This document shows, piece by piece, positions 24,855 through 35,563 of a DNA stretch of 44,061 nucleotides. Location: NCBI GenBank assembly GCA_051294375.1, contig JBJCIZ010000137.1, forward strand, positions 1-44,061, written 5' to 3'. The first letter of the stretch is position 1. The number at the start of each line of letters is the position of its first letter. The notes beneath the pieces are model-generated. The model searched no databases. It was given only the letters and a program-made list of their open reading frames with translations, and was not told the origin of the DNA. A program made the translations under genes and the position numbers. The stretch comes from Paraspadella gotoi. Its lineage: Eukaryota; Animalia; Chaetognatha.

Positions 24855-24874
24855 TTGTTTTCAGATTCAACTTT

Positions 24875-25810
24875 TTAAAGTCCGCGGGACCAGCTGATGA
24901 TCGTAGTACGTTTCTTTCGCGAGTTTTCTATTTATACGTTGGAGGCACCGTTCGACTGTACGCGAGAGATGCAAAAAATTTGATCCTAAAACGTTGTGAG
25001 CGTATCCTCGCGAAAATGGACCCCGCTTTAAAACTCTTTTGACCTGACTGACCGACCTTAAAAATCGGGCGACGGCTGCGTATTTAGCGCGATGGCGAGA
25101 CGGGCTTTCAAATAGACTTCTCTCAGTTCGTTCTCGTTCTTAGGCTCGCATGGCCTTTGACATTCCAAAAAGCGACGCTCAGAGGACGGGCGTTGTAAGG
25201 CGCGACGCAGGGTTGAAGATACTTGACGAATCAGTAGGGACATGGCGTACATGACTCTGTAAAGATAGGATTCTATGGTCGAGTTAATATTCGACCAACG
25301 GAGCCTTCATTCCGCTAGGCGGGTATACGACTCGATCTCCAGCGCCTCCATCAATCTGGCGAAGTTTCCGCTCCACTCTCTGCCCCCGATCCATGACGAT
25401 CAAAGTTGGGGGCTTGAAACCGTTGTCTTCGAATGATTTGGAAGGCGAAAAGCGGAAGCGATTCGGAGCGGTCTTTGTTTTTAACGGACGACACCATCCC
25501 CCATTTTGCTAAAGGCATCTACGCAAGATAAAAGTAGGCAAACCCGTTGGACGGGTCTTCAAGCTAACGCTCGACTAAATCGATGCTGAATTTGGAATTT
25601 TCGTTTCTCAAAACGTAAATATTTTCTAAATAGCTTTTTAGGGGGGGGTTTATAATTAGTGAATACTCTTTGGGCGCTTTAAAATTCTTGTATGTCAGAC
25701 TTGACGATGGATGGGTTCGTTGACGACAGCTTGAAATACTCTGGATCGGTGGAGAAGCCCTGCGGTATGTTTCGGTCGTAGTAAATGTCACCTATCGTTT
25801 TGTTCTTTCT
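24875..25810 (-). pseudogene. Maverick retroviral-like (rve) c-integrase, near full length but frameshifted
   Basis: Colinear Maverick integrase motifs: IYYDRNIPQGFS...DIQEF.SAQRVFTNYKP; FSIDLV; GFAYF..VDAFSK...VKNK; PPTLIVMDRG.EW; KAPLVE..NSTIESYLYR; FKVGQ; FSRGY...DQIF...RTVPPTYK. Confidence 0.85.
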
Positions 25811-25814
25811 CTTT

Positions 25815-26290
25815 ATTCAGAGATCTGAGGTTATTCCAAGATTGAGCTTTTTTCTTTTGTTGGACATCCTCCGTATCTACCGTCTTTTTTCTGATCTAGT
25901 TTTGGGTGGAGAAGTGACGTCGGCGCTTTTTTTAACGTCTTGGTCGTTGTCGTTGTCGTTACTTTCTTTTAAAGGGGCTCACCGGGTCTTCTTTTTTGGT
26001 TCCTCCTCTTCTGGTAGGGGTTAGAGATCTTCTTTAACCGGAGTGGGTGACCTGCGGGTGAAGACGGCGCCGGTCTTTTAACGGGCGTTCCGGCTAAACC
26101 AGATTTCTTGACCGGCGTCGAAATGACGCCAGATTTTTTAAACGACTGGTGAGGAATCTAATTTTATCGAAGTTTGGAGGATCTCTTTACGTCCTCGGGA
26201 GAGAGGCGTTCTTCTTTCAAGGGTTCTTGGTCTTTCAACCAAAACAATAATTTTTTGAATTTGATCGGGGAGATGGCAATAATAAAAAAG
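25815..26290 (-). pseudogene. K/P/S-rich ORF remnant immediately upstream of the integrase
   Basis: PIKFKKLLFWLKDQEP...STPVKKSG...AQSWNNL. Position and composition fit the uncharacterised ORF that precedes Maverick integrases. Confidence 0.45.
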
Positions 26291-26524
26291 TTTTTAGAAG
26301 GAAAAAAATAATCAGAATTTTTCAAAAAACAAACGATCACGCAAGAGATCGGGACAGATAGGGACAGACACACACAGAAGACAGAGAGACAAGAGAGAGA
26401 AGAGAAAAAAAGAGAGAGAGAGAGAGACAGCCGCTGCAGAGAAAAAGGCGATATATAATAAATTAAAAGAGAGAGAGAGAGAGAAGCTCTACAGCCCCTT
26501 TACTCGTTAAAGAATCAGCAGTAC

Positions 26525-26600
26525 TTATGGCCGCCGCACGTAGCGTGAGCTATTCTCTACCCAAAGGACCCGGGTTCGCGTTCCTGTTCGCGGCATTCGT
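26525..26600 (+). mobile_element. Degenerate tRNA-derived SINE head
   Basis: A-box-like tggccgccgcacgtagc and B-box-like gggttcgcgttcc. Confidence 0.3.
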
Positions 26601-26649
26601 TTTTTACATTAGTGAACCCACATTATTCTAAAAAATTTTTTGTAAAAAA

Positions 26650-26697
<48 letters not shown>

Positions 26698-27443
26698 AGC
26701 TGGACAGACGCTGCAGAGCCGGAACTCGTTTTTAGGACAAATCAGAAGAAGCAGTGACGGAAGAAAAGAGAGAGAGAGAGGAGAGAGCGACATATAATTA
26801 AAACGTTTTTTTTTTTGTAAATAGAACATAAACAAATACGAATATTGATATGGAAACATTGAGAATTTTTAAAGATCTTGATGAATTAGAAGCCTATATA
26901 TGAAAATTCAACTCCCTATGATTATTCACATTTTCAGAACCATATTGCAAAAAAAGCAGAGACCGAAAGCTTAAACCGAATCAAAATCTAGACAGGACGG
27001 CTTGCCCGCCTGGGCTCGGATAATTTAGAGGCATATTGTTTGTTTTGATTAAAATGTAAACACGAAACATTTTAATAACTGTCCTGAACTCAATTTTTTA
27101 AAGGACATCGATGAAGACAAGCTGAATATAAATATAATATTAATCTATAATTAATTAATTATTAATTAATTCTATTAATTATTAAATTAATTATATTATC
27201 GTAGGCAGATCCGACATTGTTTGCCTCAAACTTGTTTTTTAAGCGCGGAGCGAACATATCTATTCTTTGTTATTTCTTCCGGTTTGAGAAATTCCATGGC
27301 AAAAGCTTGTTTCTCCCTTAAAACTCAAAATCGCTAAAATCCGCAATAACCTGATATTTACTGAAACCTGATGCGACCTGTCACCTGGACAATGATACTT
27401 AAGTTTGAATAAAACCTGGGTTAACGAATATAAGAAAGTCACC

Positions 27444-27637
27444 TTAGAGAGAGCAAAGAATTTTGAATTTAACAACGATTTTTTATTAGTAGTTGGACAT
27501 GTTTTCGGCTTGCTTATTTCAAGCCTTCATAAGCAAGCCGAAACATGTCCACTACTAATAAAAAATCGTTGTTTAAATTCAAAATTCTTTCTCTCTCTAA
27601 TACCTATGAACAACGAAAAAGAAAGGATTAACGCATC
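27444..27637. mobile_element. Fold-back Penelope-like insertion with 12-bp TSD
   Basis: Arms 27444-27517 and 27529-27600 are inverted copies holding the hammerhead 3' half (aagccGAAACATGTC). The family end caacgaaaaagaaaggatt follows. TSD aagaaagtcacc at 27432-27443 and 27638-27649. Confidence 0.85.
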
Positions 27638-29020
27638 AAGAAAGTCACCAAAGAAAATATTGAAAACCTAGTTCTTTTCTTGTATATTTTCGGTGATTGA
27701 CTTGTTAACTGGTGAGATATATTCTTTCTTAAGGCCAGGGATCACTCGCCAAAAAGATTATAAATAAAGGTAACATAAGCTAGGATTTGGAAAGTAGAGG
27801 TCCCCAAAAATTTTGAAAATGTATTAGCTTTATTATTTCTTTCAAACACCCATTGGTGTTTTTTTCGAAATTTTATATTACTATAATAAAATAAAAGGAA
27901 ACCTATCGAGAGTTGCAGCCCAAACGGCGAATCGGATTTGTATGAAATTTAACATAATTTTACTTTAGGTGAAAGGTCCCCAATTCTATGAGAGGGATTT
28001 TCCAAATTTCACATTTCTTCATAGGAAAAAAAAAAGAGAATAATGAAAATTTTGGCGTTAAGATCTAATATTCTTTGAATAACGAATAACATTTTCCAAA
28101 AATCCCTCTCATAAGGAATTTGTCCACATTTTCATACTAACAAAAAATAATTTTAGTTTATTTTTTTTTCAAACGGTTTTCGCTCCAACTCTTTTTGTTT
28201 ATTTATTTTTTATTTTTTTCTGTAGATTTTACAGATATGAAAGTCGAGCAAAGAACTTTAAAATCGACATGCTTTTTAAAATCTATTTTCATTTCTAGTT
28301 TAAATGATGGCTTTACCGATTCTCTGAAATTTAAAAAAAAAAAATTTTTTTAATTTAAAAAATGCTGTAATACTGAAACACGGACGGTGAACAAGGAGGA
28401 ATGCTGAAAGGGGTTTACTATTTTCATCTGTGGCAAACGGTCAAGCTTTAAAAGCCAGATTTTGAATGTGGGGAACAGAAACTAATTAACAAGAGGAGAG
28501 CATAACGATTGTCCATCAGTGGAATCAGTGACCATCGATGGCACCATAGAGCGTTTCTATCTTAGAGGACCCAACTGCCAAATGCCAATAGGACAATTGT
28601 CTATTAGACTTTTTAAAAATTGTACAATTTTTTGTAATACTCTTTTAGTAAAAAAATTGGTATTAAGCATCATTAAATATGTATTCTGCACTCTCTTTAC
28701 ATAAACGTTTATATTTTCATCGTTAATTGATCCAGCTTACGTCATAAGAATGGCTAGGTTTTAGGTACTTGTATTACACTGAGGTAGCTGATGTTAATTG
28801 AATAAAAAAATTAAAATTCACATTTAAAAATGACTTTACCGTCTTGAATGAAATTTTTGAAGTTTACCGATAAAAAAAATTTGCATGATTTTTTGGTGGC
28901 TCTATGAAGCGGAACCTTAGTCAAATTTAAAGTTTTTTTATTTGAAACACGAAGGAAATATACTTCTTTTGCATAAAAACAATTTGTATAAAGCTTTATG
29001 CAATTCTTGTTTTTTTTTTC

Positions 29021-29560
29021 AGATATTAGAAATATCTTAGATTATCTCGTCCAAATTTGTGGGGGCAGCCGAGATGATGCAACGAGACTGCCGAATTCTT
29101 CGGCGTCATGCCCGCCTAGGTCTAGTTGCTTTTGCGAGAGAGGAGGAACCTATTCTCCTCTTGTAGAAACGCTCCTACCATCTCAGCATGGTATTTACAC
29201 ACAGCTACATGCAGAAAGGGGCCTGAGCTTCGCTGGATTTCATCCAGCCTTGCCGGAATTAGGGTAATTTCTTTTTTTTTTCTTTATATATTTTTATATA
29301 TATATTATATATTTTTCTCTTTTAATCATAAGTGCGCGTGTCATCCTCGTGAAACACAGAAAATCGCGCCATGGCCTACGTTACGGGAAGGTCCCGTACA
29401 GAAAATTGAAGGCCATATCAGAGTTCCGGGAGGCATCGTCAACTCGGGAAGAATACCTGGCTCCCGAAGACGATCCTCATCGATTTTTGCGGGGTTTTTT
29501 GTTAAGAATCTCCGACCCCTCGCGCAGACCTACTCCGGAGATGGCGAGAATTCAAAAATG
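29021..29560 (+). pseudogene. Possible degenerate MULE (Mutator-like) transposase C-terminal exons
   Basis: Splice acceptor at 29020. ILDYL...SAW...LSFAGFI...YRKLKAISEFREASSTREEYLA loosely follows LDYF..TW...EGWH...FI..L...KY.....T..EYL. Confidence 0.3.
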
Positions 29561-30079
29561 AACAGGAGGAGAAGATTTTTGGCTTATTCCCCCCTTAAAG
29601 GTTATCTTTATTCGGGGGGTAACTCTCATTCAGGGCCAAGGAGGAAACTTACCACAAGGAAACGTTCCCTGTCTATCAGAGGAGAACCTTCCCATAACAG
29701 TGTTCCTTCTTCTTCTAAAGAAAGCAGAACAATGACTTTTTCTTCTTCCAATTACTTCTTCACCAAATACTTCTTCTATGACGTTTTCCACTTCAAACTC
29801 TTCTTTCGTTGCATTCCTTTATTTCACATTTTCCTCCTCCTCCTTTACCTATTCCCCCTCCTTTTGTTCCTTTTCCTTACATTCCACCTATTGTAAATAC
29901 TAATAAAAATACTAACCCTAGTTATAGAGTCTCTTTCCCTTCTCCTTATTCTTTTGCCTGGAATGCTTTTAATCCTTCTTTTCAATATCCCTTTTCTTCT
30001 TTATTACATGGAATTAGTCCTTTTAGTTCTATTACTAGAACTTCTCCTAGGCCTTTCCTTCTTCAACTACGACTCTTAC

Positions 30080-30714
30080 TGTAGGATTGGAACCCTCGTT
30101 CTTCTCCCCACTCTTGGGCGATTAGCCGAATTTTATAATTAGACATTTGTTTGTGGAAGTTTCATATTTTTATAAACTTTAAATAATTAATAATCAAAAT
30201 AAATAAAAGATTCATCATCGAGTTTCGAACTCGAGATTTTCAATCCATGTCCACTTACTTAGTGGCAAGCGCCACTCCGGTTCTTAACATATAGATATTC
30301 ACTTTTACAACTTATCTATTATAATATGTCAATCACATTGTTAAAACAAAAGACACTATAACACACCTAGTTTAACAGGTGTCATCACTAGTTATATTAT
30401 GTTGCTTATTGTTATCTACTTTTCATTGTTAAGTCTTCTCTCTTCACAAAGTATTTTTCTTAATGTCAATTATGTTTATTACTTCATTGGTTAATGTTTC
30501 CATTGTTTATTTATATGAATGTTACTGTTTATATTTTTTGTATGATATAGATATTTTGATTGCTTGTCAAATAAAGCAGACAGAATATCTATATGCTTTG
30601 ATTATTTTATTAAGCTTGTTTTTACTATTGAACAAATAAAACTTTTGTTCTGGAGAACGTTTTTATTACTCACACGAACTTGGAGTCAATTCGCTTAAGT
30701 GACTGTTCGCCACA
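30080..30714 (+). mobile_element. 5' LTR of CsRN1-clade Ty3/Gypsy element (635 bp)
   Basis: TG...CA termini; near-identical to the reverse complement of 42359-42994; followed by a PBS. Confidence 0.92.
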
Positions 30715-30715
30715 T

Positions 30716-30729
30716 TGGTGAACCCGACG
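30716..30729 (+). promoter_or_regulatory. Primer-binding site complementary to tRNA-Trp
   Basis: TGGTGAACCCGACG versus the tRNA-Trp 3' complement TGGTGACCCCGACG (1 mismatch), 1 nt after the LTR. Confidence 0.85.
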
Positions 30730-30779
30730 CAGAACTATAACGCCTCCACTACTCCGCGAGGCGTCACCCAACCTTCTTG

Positions 30780-30804
30780 NNNNNNNNNNNNNNNNNNNNN
30801 NNNN
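30780..30804. other. Assembly gap (25 N)
   Basis: Run of N. Confidence 1.
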
Positions 30805-31414
30805 ATATAATTTTAAAACGGAATCTTTATTTTCACTATATTATTGATTTTTTTTGCATTTTTTACTTAGTCATATATAAAGTGGCGAGGACGGGAAAAC
30901 TGGATGATAGGATTTTAGTTTTTTATATCCTAGGAAAAGTTTATATCTAAGCTCAAAAAATCAAGAGGGCTCGAAAGACAGATTTTCCATGTCTTTGTAT
31001 TTATTACTCCGCGCTTACTCTCACTTTGACTATCCTACTGGATTACCAAATCGGTTAGGCAAAAAGAGATTCGTCAATCATAGAAAAAAAAAAGTTCGAT
31101 AAAAAATAAATTCTGAGCCGAAGGTCATTTCATCGGCAAATCCGAGATTCCGTTTGACGTCGCGTAACAGCGATCGCGTTTATTGAGAAAACACCTTGAA
31201 GAGAGACGATACAGCGGGCGGCGCTAAATCCAACGGGAGCGAGAGAAGCGGAGATGTTTATAGCGAATCTGATTAAATTAGATTCTTGGTCGAGATTCGA
31301 GAGACGACGACGACGACGACGACGGGCGCCTATTGGAGAAAGTACTGTCGTCTCTCTTCGGTCCCAATGGAAGAATTTACATTCAGGAATTAAAATGCTT
31401 TTTTTAAGCCAAAC

Positions 31415-31795
31415 TTGACGTAAAAAATAGATTTAATTCATCATCGTTTAAAATTGAAAGAAATCGGAGACTGATTCCCTTGTAATATGTGTATGTTATG
31501 AATAATTAGATCGTCCAAAAATGAGATTTCGCTTAAACAGGATTCCCCTCATACGTATTCAAAAAAAAAAAAAAAGACGGAGGTGGCACATCCACTTGAC
31601 GTATTAAAATAATTTAATTTCATCATCGTTTAAAATTGAAAAAGAACATCGGAGACTGATTCCCTTGTGTAATATGTGTATGTTATGAATTAATTAAGAT
31701 TCGTCCAAAAATGAGATTTCGCTCTAAACCAGCGAATTCCCCTCCAATACGTATTCAAAAAAAAAAAAAAAAAGACGGAGGTGGGCACATCACTT
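31415..31795. repeat. ~180-200-bp tandem duplication; second copy indel-rich (likely assembly artefact)
   Basis: 31415-31595 is repeated at 31596-31795 with many single-base insertions. Confidence 0.8.
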
Positions 31796-32827
31796 GCGTT
31801 TCTTCATAATTTATAAATTTGACACAGATAATATCACGATTTATGGGGTTAAATTTATATGCATTAGCATGCTAATTTCTGGGGTATGTAAACGGTTGGA
31901 ATTCCCTCCTAAAAGGATGCACACAAGATTCCCGCCGCGACACAAAGGGCCGCGTCAAAACCAATGAAGAGGCGTTGGACTTCAACCGAGAAGATTCTGT
32001 TTGGTCTCGACCGAAAATTGAGACGAGATTTCATTCTTTTTGATTCCGAAGAAAATTCCATTTTCTTTTCTCTTTCTTAAAAAGATTTTCTTTTCTTTTG
32101 TTGTTTTGATTGTTATTCGTTTTTTAAAAAGATTCCTTCGTCGTTTTCTTCTTGGGTCGATGGCGTAATTCCACGAGAGAGATTCCATCCGACAAGGATG
32201 GAACGGCAATGAGGAAGGAATAAAAATCGGCAATGCCGACCCGTCTATGTGAATTGACTTAGGACTTTATGTCGGGCTTGCTCCTACTCGGGGGGGGGGG
32301 TCTTCGCGAGGTTCTTGGAAAAAATCATCCACTCGGGTTTCCACCTCGGCCTCCTTTTTTTGGGAAGACGCGACGCCCTCGGAGTCATCGGTTATCAGGA
32401 GAAAGAGACAACGAAAAAAATGAAGATCCAGAAGAAAAAAAAAAGGAAAAATAACAGATGAAAAAATGAAATGTTGCATAGTGCATACTGCATAGTGCAT
32501 GGGGTAAAAGAACGAGCTGGAATGTATGGAAATTTAATTTGAAAAAATGATTTAATTTTTTAAAAATCCAAATTTAATATATATGTAAATATTGAAGAAT
32601 CAAACCTCTGACTATAAAAACGGATAAAAGCGATCACAAACTGGGGAAGTCGGTTTTTAGTCTGCCCGGAAGAGAGCGACTGAGAGACAGAGAGAGAGAA
32701 TGAGAAAGACAGAGAGGTTGATAGAGGAAGATCATAAACTGTCCCTTTGTTTTTTTATTTCTTCCCTTTCTGAAGGGAATTAGAGATATCTCCCTGGATT
32801 AATCTCATTTACATAAAAGGGGTACCT

Positions 32828-32858
32828 TCTCTCTTCTCTCTCTCCTCTCTCCTCTCTT

Positions 32859-32917
<59 letters not shown>

Positions 32918-32939
32918 TCTCTCTCTTCTCTCTCTCTCT
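32828..32939. repeat. (CT)n microsatellite
   Basis: Seen directly. Confidence 0.95.
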
Positions 32940-33303
32940 GTATCATTTTGCATATCATGGGAAATATGAGATCGATAGTGATGAGAAAAAAACAGGAACA
33001 AAAGAAGAAACTGGATTTTATAGAAGATAATGGAAGGTGAGCCCCTTCCCGTCGGACCCACCAGCTCTGGCTAGAGAGCGAGAGAGTGAGAGAGAGAGCA
33101 GCGTAGCGAGAGATCGGAATGCATTCTAAAAATACCCATAAAATAATCGACGCATTAAATTTTAATTAACTATCAAATATATAAGAATATAGGAATGCGA
33201 TTCACAAAATCAAATTTAATAATCTTTGAACAACATTAACTATGTAAGTAGTTAAATCTCGATTCTCCAATTACATTCCAGTTCTTTCATAATAACTACA
33301 TAC

Positions 33304-34267
33304 ACCCTCTCGATGTCGTTCATCAAATCTCCACCCACTTCCCTATAACCCTCCCCCATCCGCTTCAACCTTTGCGACCCACCCTTCGAACTCCCCGTCG
33401 ACTTGGGCAGAGTGTCGTCTTGGCGCGCCGCTCTCCAGCGCCGCTGCCGCTCCCGCCGCCGCCGCCCCTTCCCCGCCCTCTCCGCCAAACGCGGGCGGAG
33501 TCTTTGGCCATTTTGCCGACGAGGCGGCAGACGAGGCGTCTCGAGGAGAGGGTGTCGCTAGAGCGTCGGAGGCGGCGTCATCGGCGTCCTCGCCCAAAAC
33601 CGCCCGTCCACGAGTGAGGTCCGCCGACTTTCAGAGCTTCTTTTGTCGTTTTCTCCGGATTTGTTTTTGTTTTTGTTTTCGTTGAAGGAGGAGGAAGATG
33701 AATCCTCTTCCTCTTCATTCGTTTTCGTCTGCGGGAAAAAAAAGTCAACTCAATTATCTTGACATCAACACAAACGAATCAATTGATTTATTTTAATATA
33801 ATAATTATAATAATACTAATAATAAATAAAAATAGACAATCAAAATACAAAACATTGGTTTGACAGATAACCTGACACAAAATTTCTTTTTGTTACCTAA
33901 AGAATACTAAAAATAGAGTTGCCGATAACGGCTAATAAATACTAATTCTATAATATTTAATTAAAATACCAAATTATTAATATGGCGGAAGAATATCGAT
34001 AGTTAATAATACGACCTCAACTCACCCTCGTTTCCTTCTCTTCCTCTTCCGATTCTCATATCGGCATCGCTCTCTCCTCCTCCTCCTCCTTCCAAACGCC
34101 CCGAGCCACCCCTGCTCGCCCCCCGACGACTCCAACTCCTTCATCCGACGCTCAACTCTTTCGTCCGCCGCGCGCGAATCGGCGACGCGGGTTGCCGTCT
34201 GGTCGAGATCCTCCCGGACAGACTTCATCTCTTCGAGGCGGTGGCGGCGTTGTCGAGGGCAAGAATC
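33304..34267 (-). CDS. Two exon-like blocks (34026-34267 and 33304-33728) of an unidentified host gene, coiled-coil/low-complexity
   Basis: GC-rich blocks bounded by polypyrimidine-CAG acceptors and GTGAGT/GTATGT donors. Translation includes LEEMKSVREDLDQTATRVADSRAADERVERRMKELE. Apparent frameshifts. Confidence 0.45.
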
Positions 34268-34869
34268 CTGAAGGAAGAATACATTCAATCATATCAATCA
34301 ATCATATCAATTAATCATATTCAATCAATCAACATCATCAACTCGCAAGCAAGGCCAGTCTCCGACCTATAGCTGCAAATAAAGCCCCGGAGGTGCTCCC
34401 GGACGAGCTTAGGAGTGAGAGTGTATTGCAAGAACCGGATGAATAAGTTTTTATACGGTCTCCCCCAGCATAAATTTACCCAATCAAAAACTTTTATCAC
34501 ATTATGATTATGTTCTGGGTTTATTTACATCTTCATCTTTTCTCCCGTTCGTAGTTAAATAAGTAAAACAATTGCTTTCCCGAATCAAGAGAAATCGATT
34601 GTAAAAGCAATATTAGCATTATATAAATTTTTCGATCAACTAAAACAACAACGTGCAAACAGGTGTTTGACATTCATTATTCCGCACACTTTCCCCAAAA
34701 AACGATAGTATATGTTATTTTTTAATACAATTCCCCACCAACTATTCCCATTGCCCCACAACGCTCACAACCACAAGCATTCGCCAACTCACACCACGTC
34801 ATGAGAGACCCCACCACAAGGCTCCTAGTGGTGGGACATCATGCGAAAATAAATTCCTAACAAGATCTC

Positions 34870-35310
34870 CGTCGCCACAAGATTCCAGCTCACATGACTC
34901 TACCCGCATAAAAACTCAACCCCACCAAGACTCCATCTCCACAAGCCTCATCTCCACACAAACTCTTCCCACACAAACTCCGCCTCCACAAAGGATTCCA
35001 ATCTCCACAAGCCTCCATACTCCCACAAAACTCTATCCCAGCACCAAAACTCCCGCCTCCACAAGATTCCATCTCCACAAGCCTCCATCTCCACAAAAAC
35101 TCTTCCCCACAAACTCTACCTCCCACAAGACTCCATCACCCACAAGCCTCCATCTCTACAAAACTCTTCCCCCACAAAACTAACCCCCACAAGACTCCAT
35201 CTCCACAAGCCCTCCCATCTTCCGCATGACTCTCACCCCCAACAAAAACTCCACCCCAACAAAACTCAAACCCCCACAAGACCCCACCGCAAAGTCATCT
35301 CCATCTCCTC
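34870..35310. repeat. C/A-rich degenerate minisatellite (ctccatctccacaagc / cccacaaaact units)
   Basis: Repeated ~13-17-nt variants. Confidence 0.85.
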
Positions 35311-35407
35311 TTGTTTCGCTCGATTTTCTTCTTGTCGTTTGAGGACTCGGTTCACGTCGACTCGACGTTAGAAATGTGGCGACGAAGACTGGAGAAATGT
35401 AAAGGGA

Positions 35408-35512
35408 TGAATGAAGGAATGAATGGAATGAATGAATGAATGAATGAATGAAAAGAATATGATGAATGAAGAAATAATGATTAAATGAGTAATAAGAATC
35501 GAGTTAATGAAG
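35408..35512. repeat. (GAAT)n simple repeat
   Basis: Seen directly. Confidence 0.85.
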
Positions 35513-35563
35513 AATCGATTACAGCGCCCACGCACCGGAAGTGACGCAGGAACATTCGATTCG

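Larger units (their letters stand above)
18430..26400 (-). mobile_element. Degenerate, rearranged Maverick/Polinton (polintovirus) relic
   Basis: Fragments of four characteristic Maverick proteins (ATPase, GG-motif small protein, c-integrase, major capsid) all lie on the minus strand. TIRs, pPolB and protease were not identified, so the boundaries are approximate. Confidence 0.8.

Noticed and set aside
25058-25252. Tyrosine recombinase-like reading of LKARLAIALNTQ
   Set aside because: Flanking frames give colinear Maverick rve integrase motifs instead.
35507-35563. Gag start at ATG 35507
   Set aside because: This ATG lies in the flanking GAAT simple repeat, so the N-terminal extension is probably chimeric.
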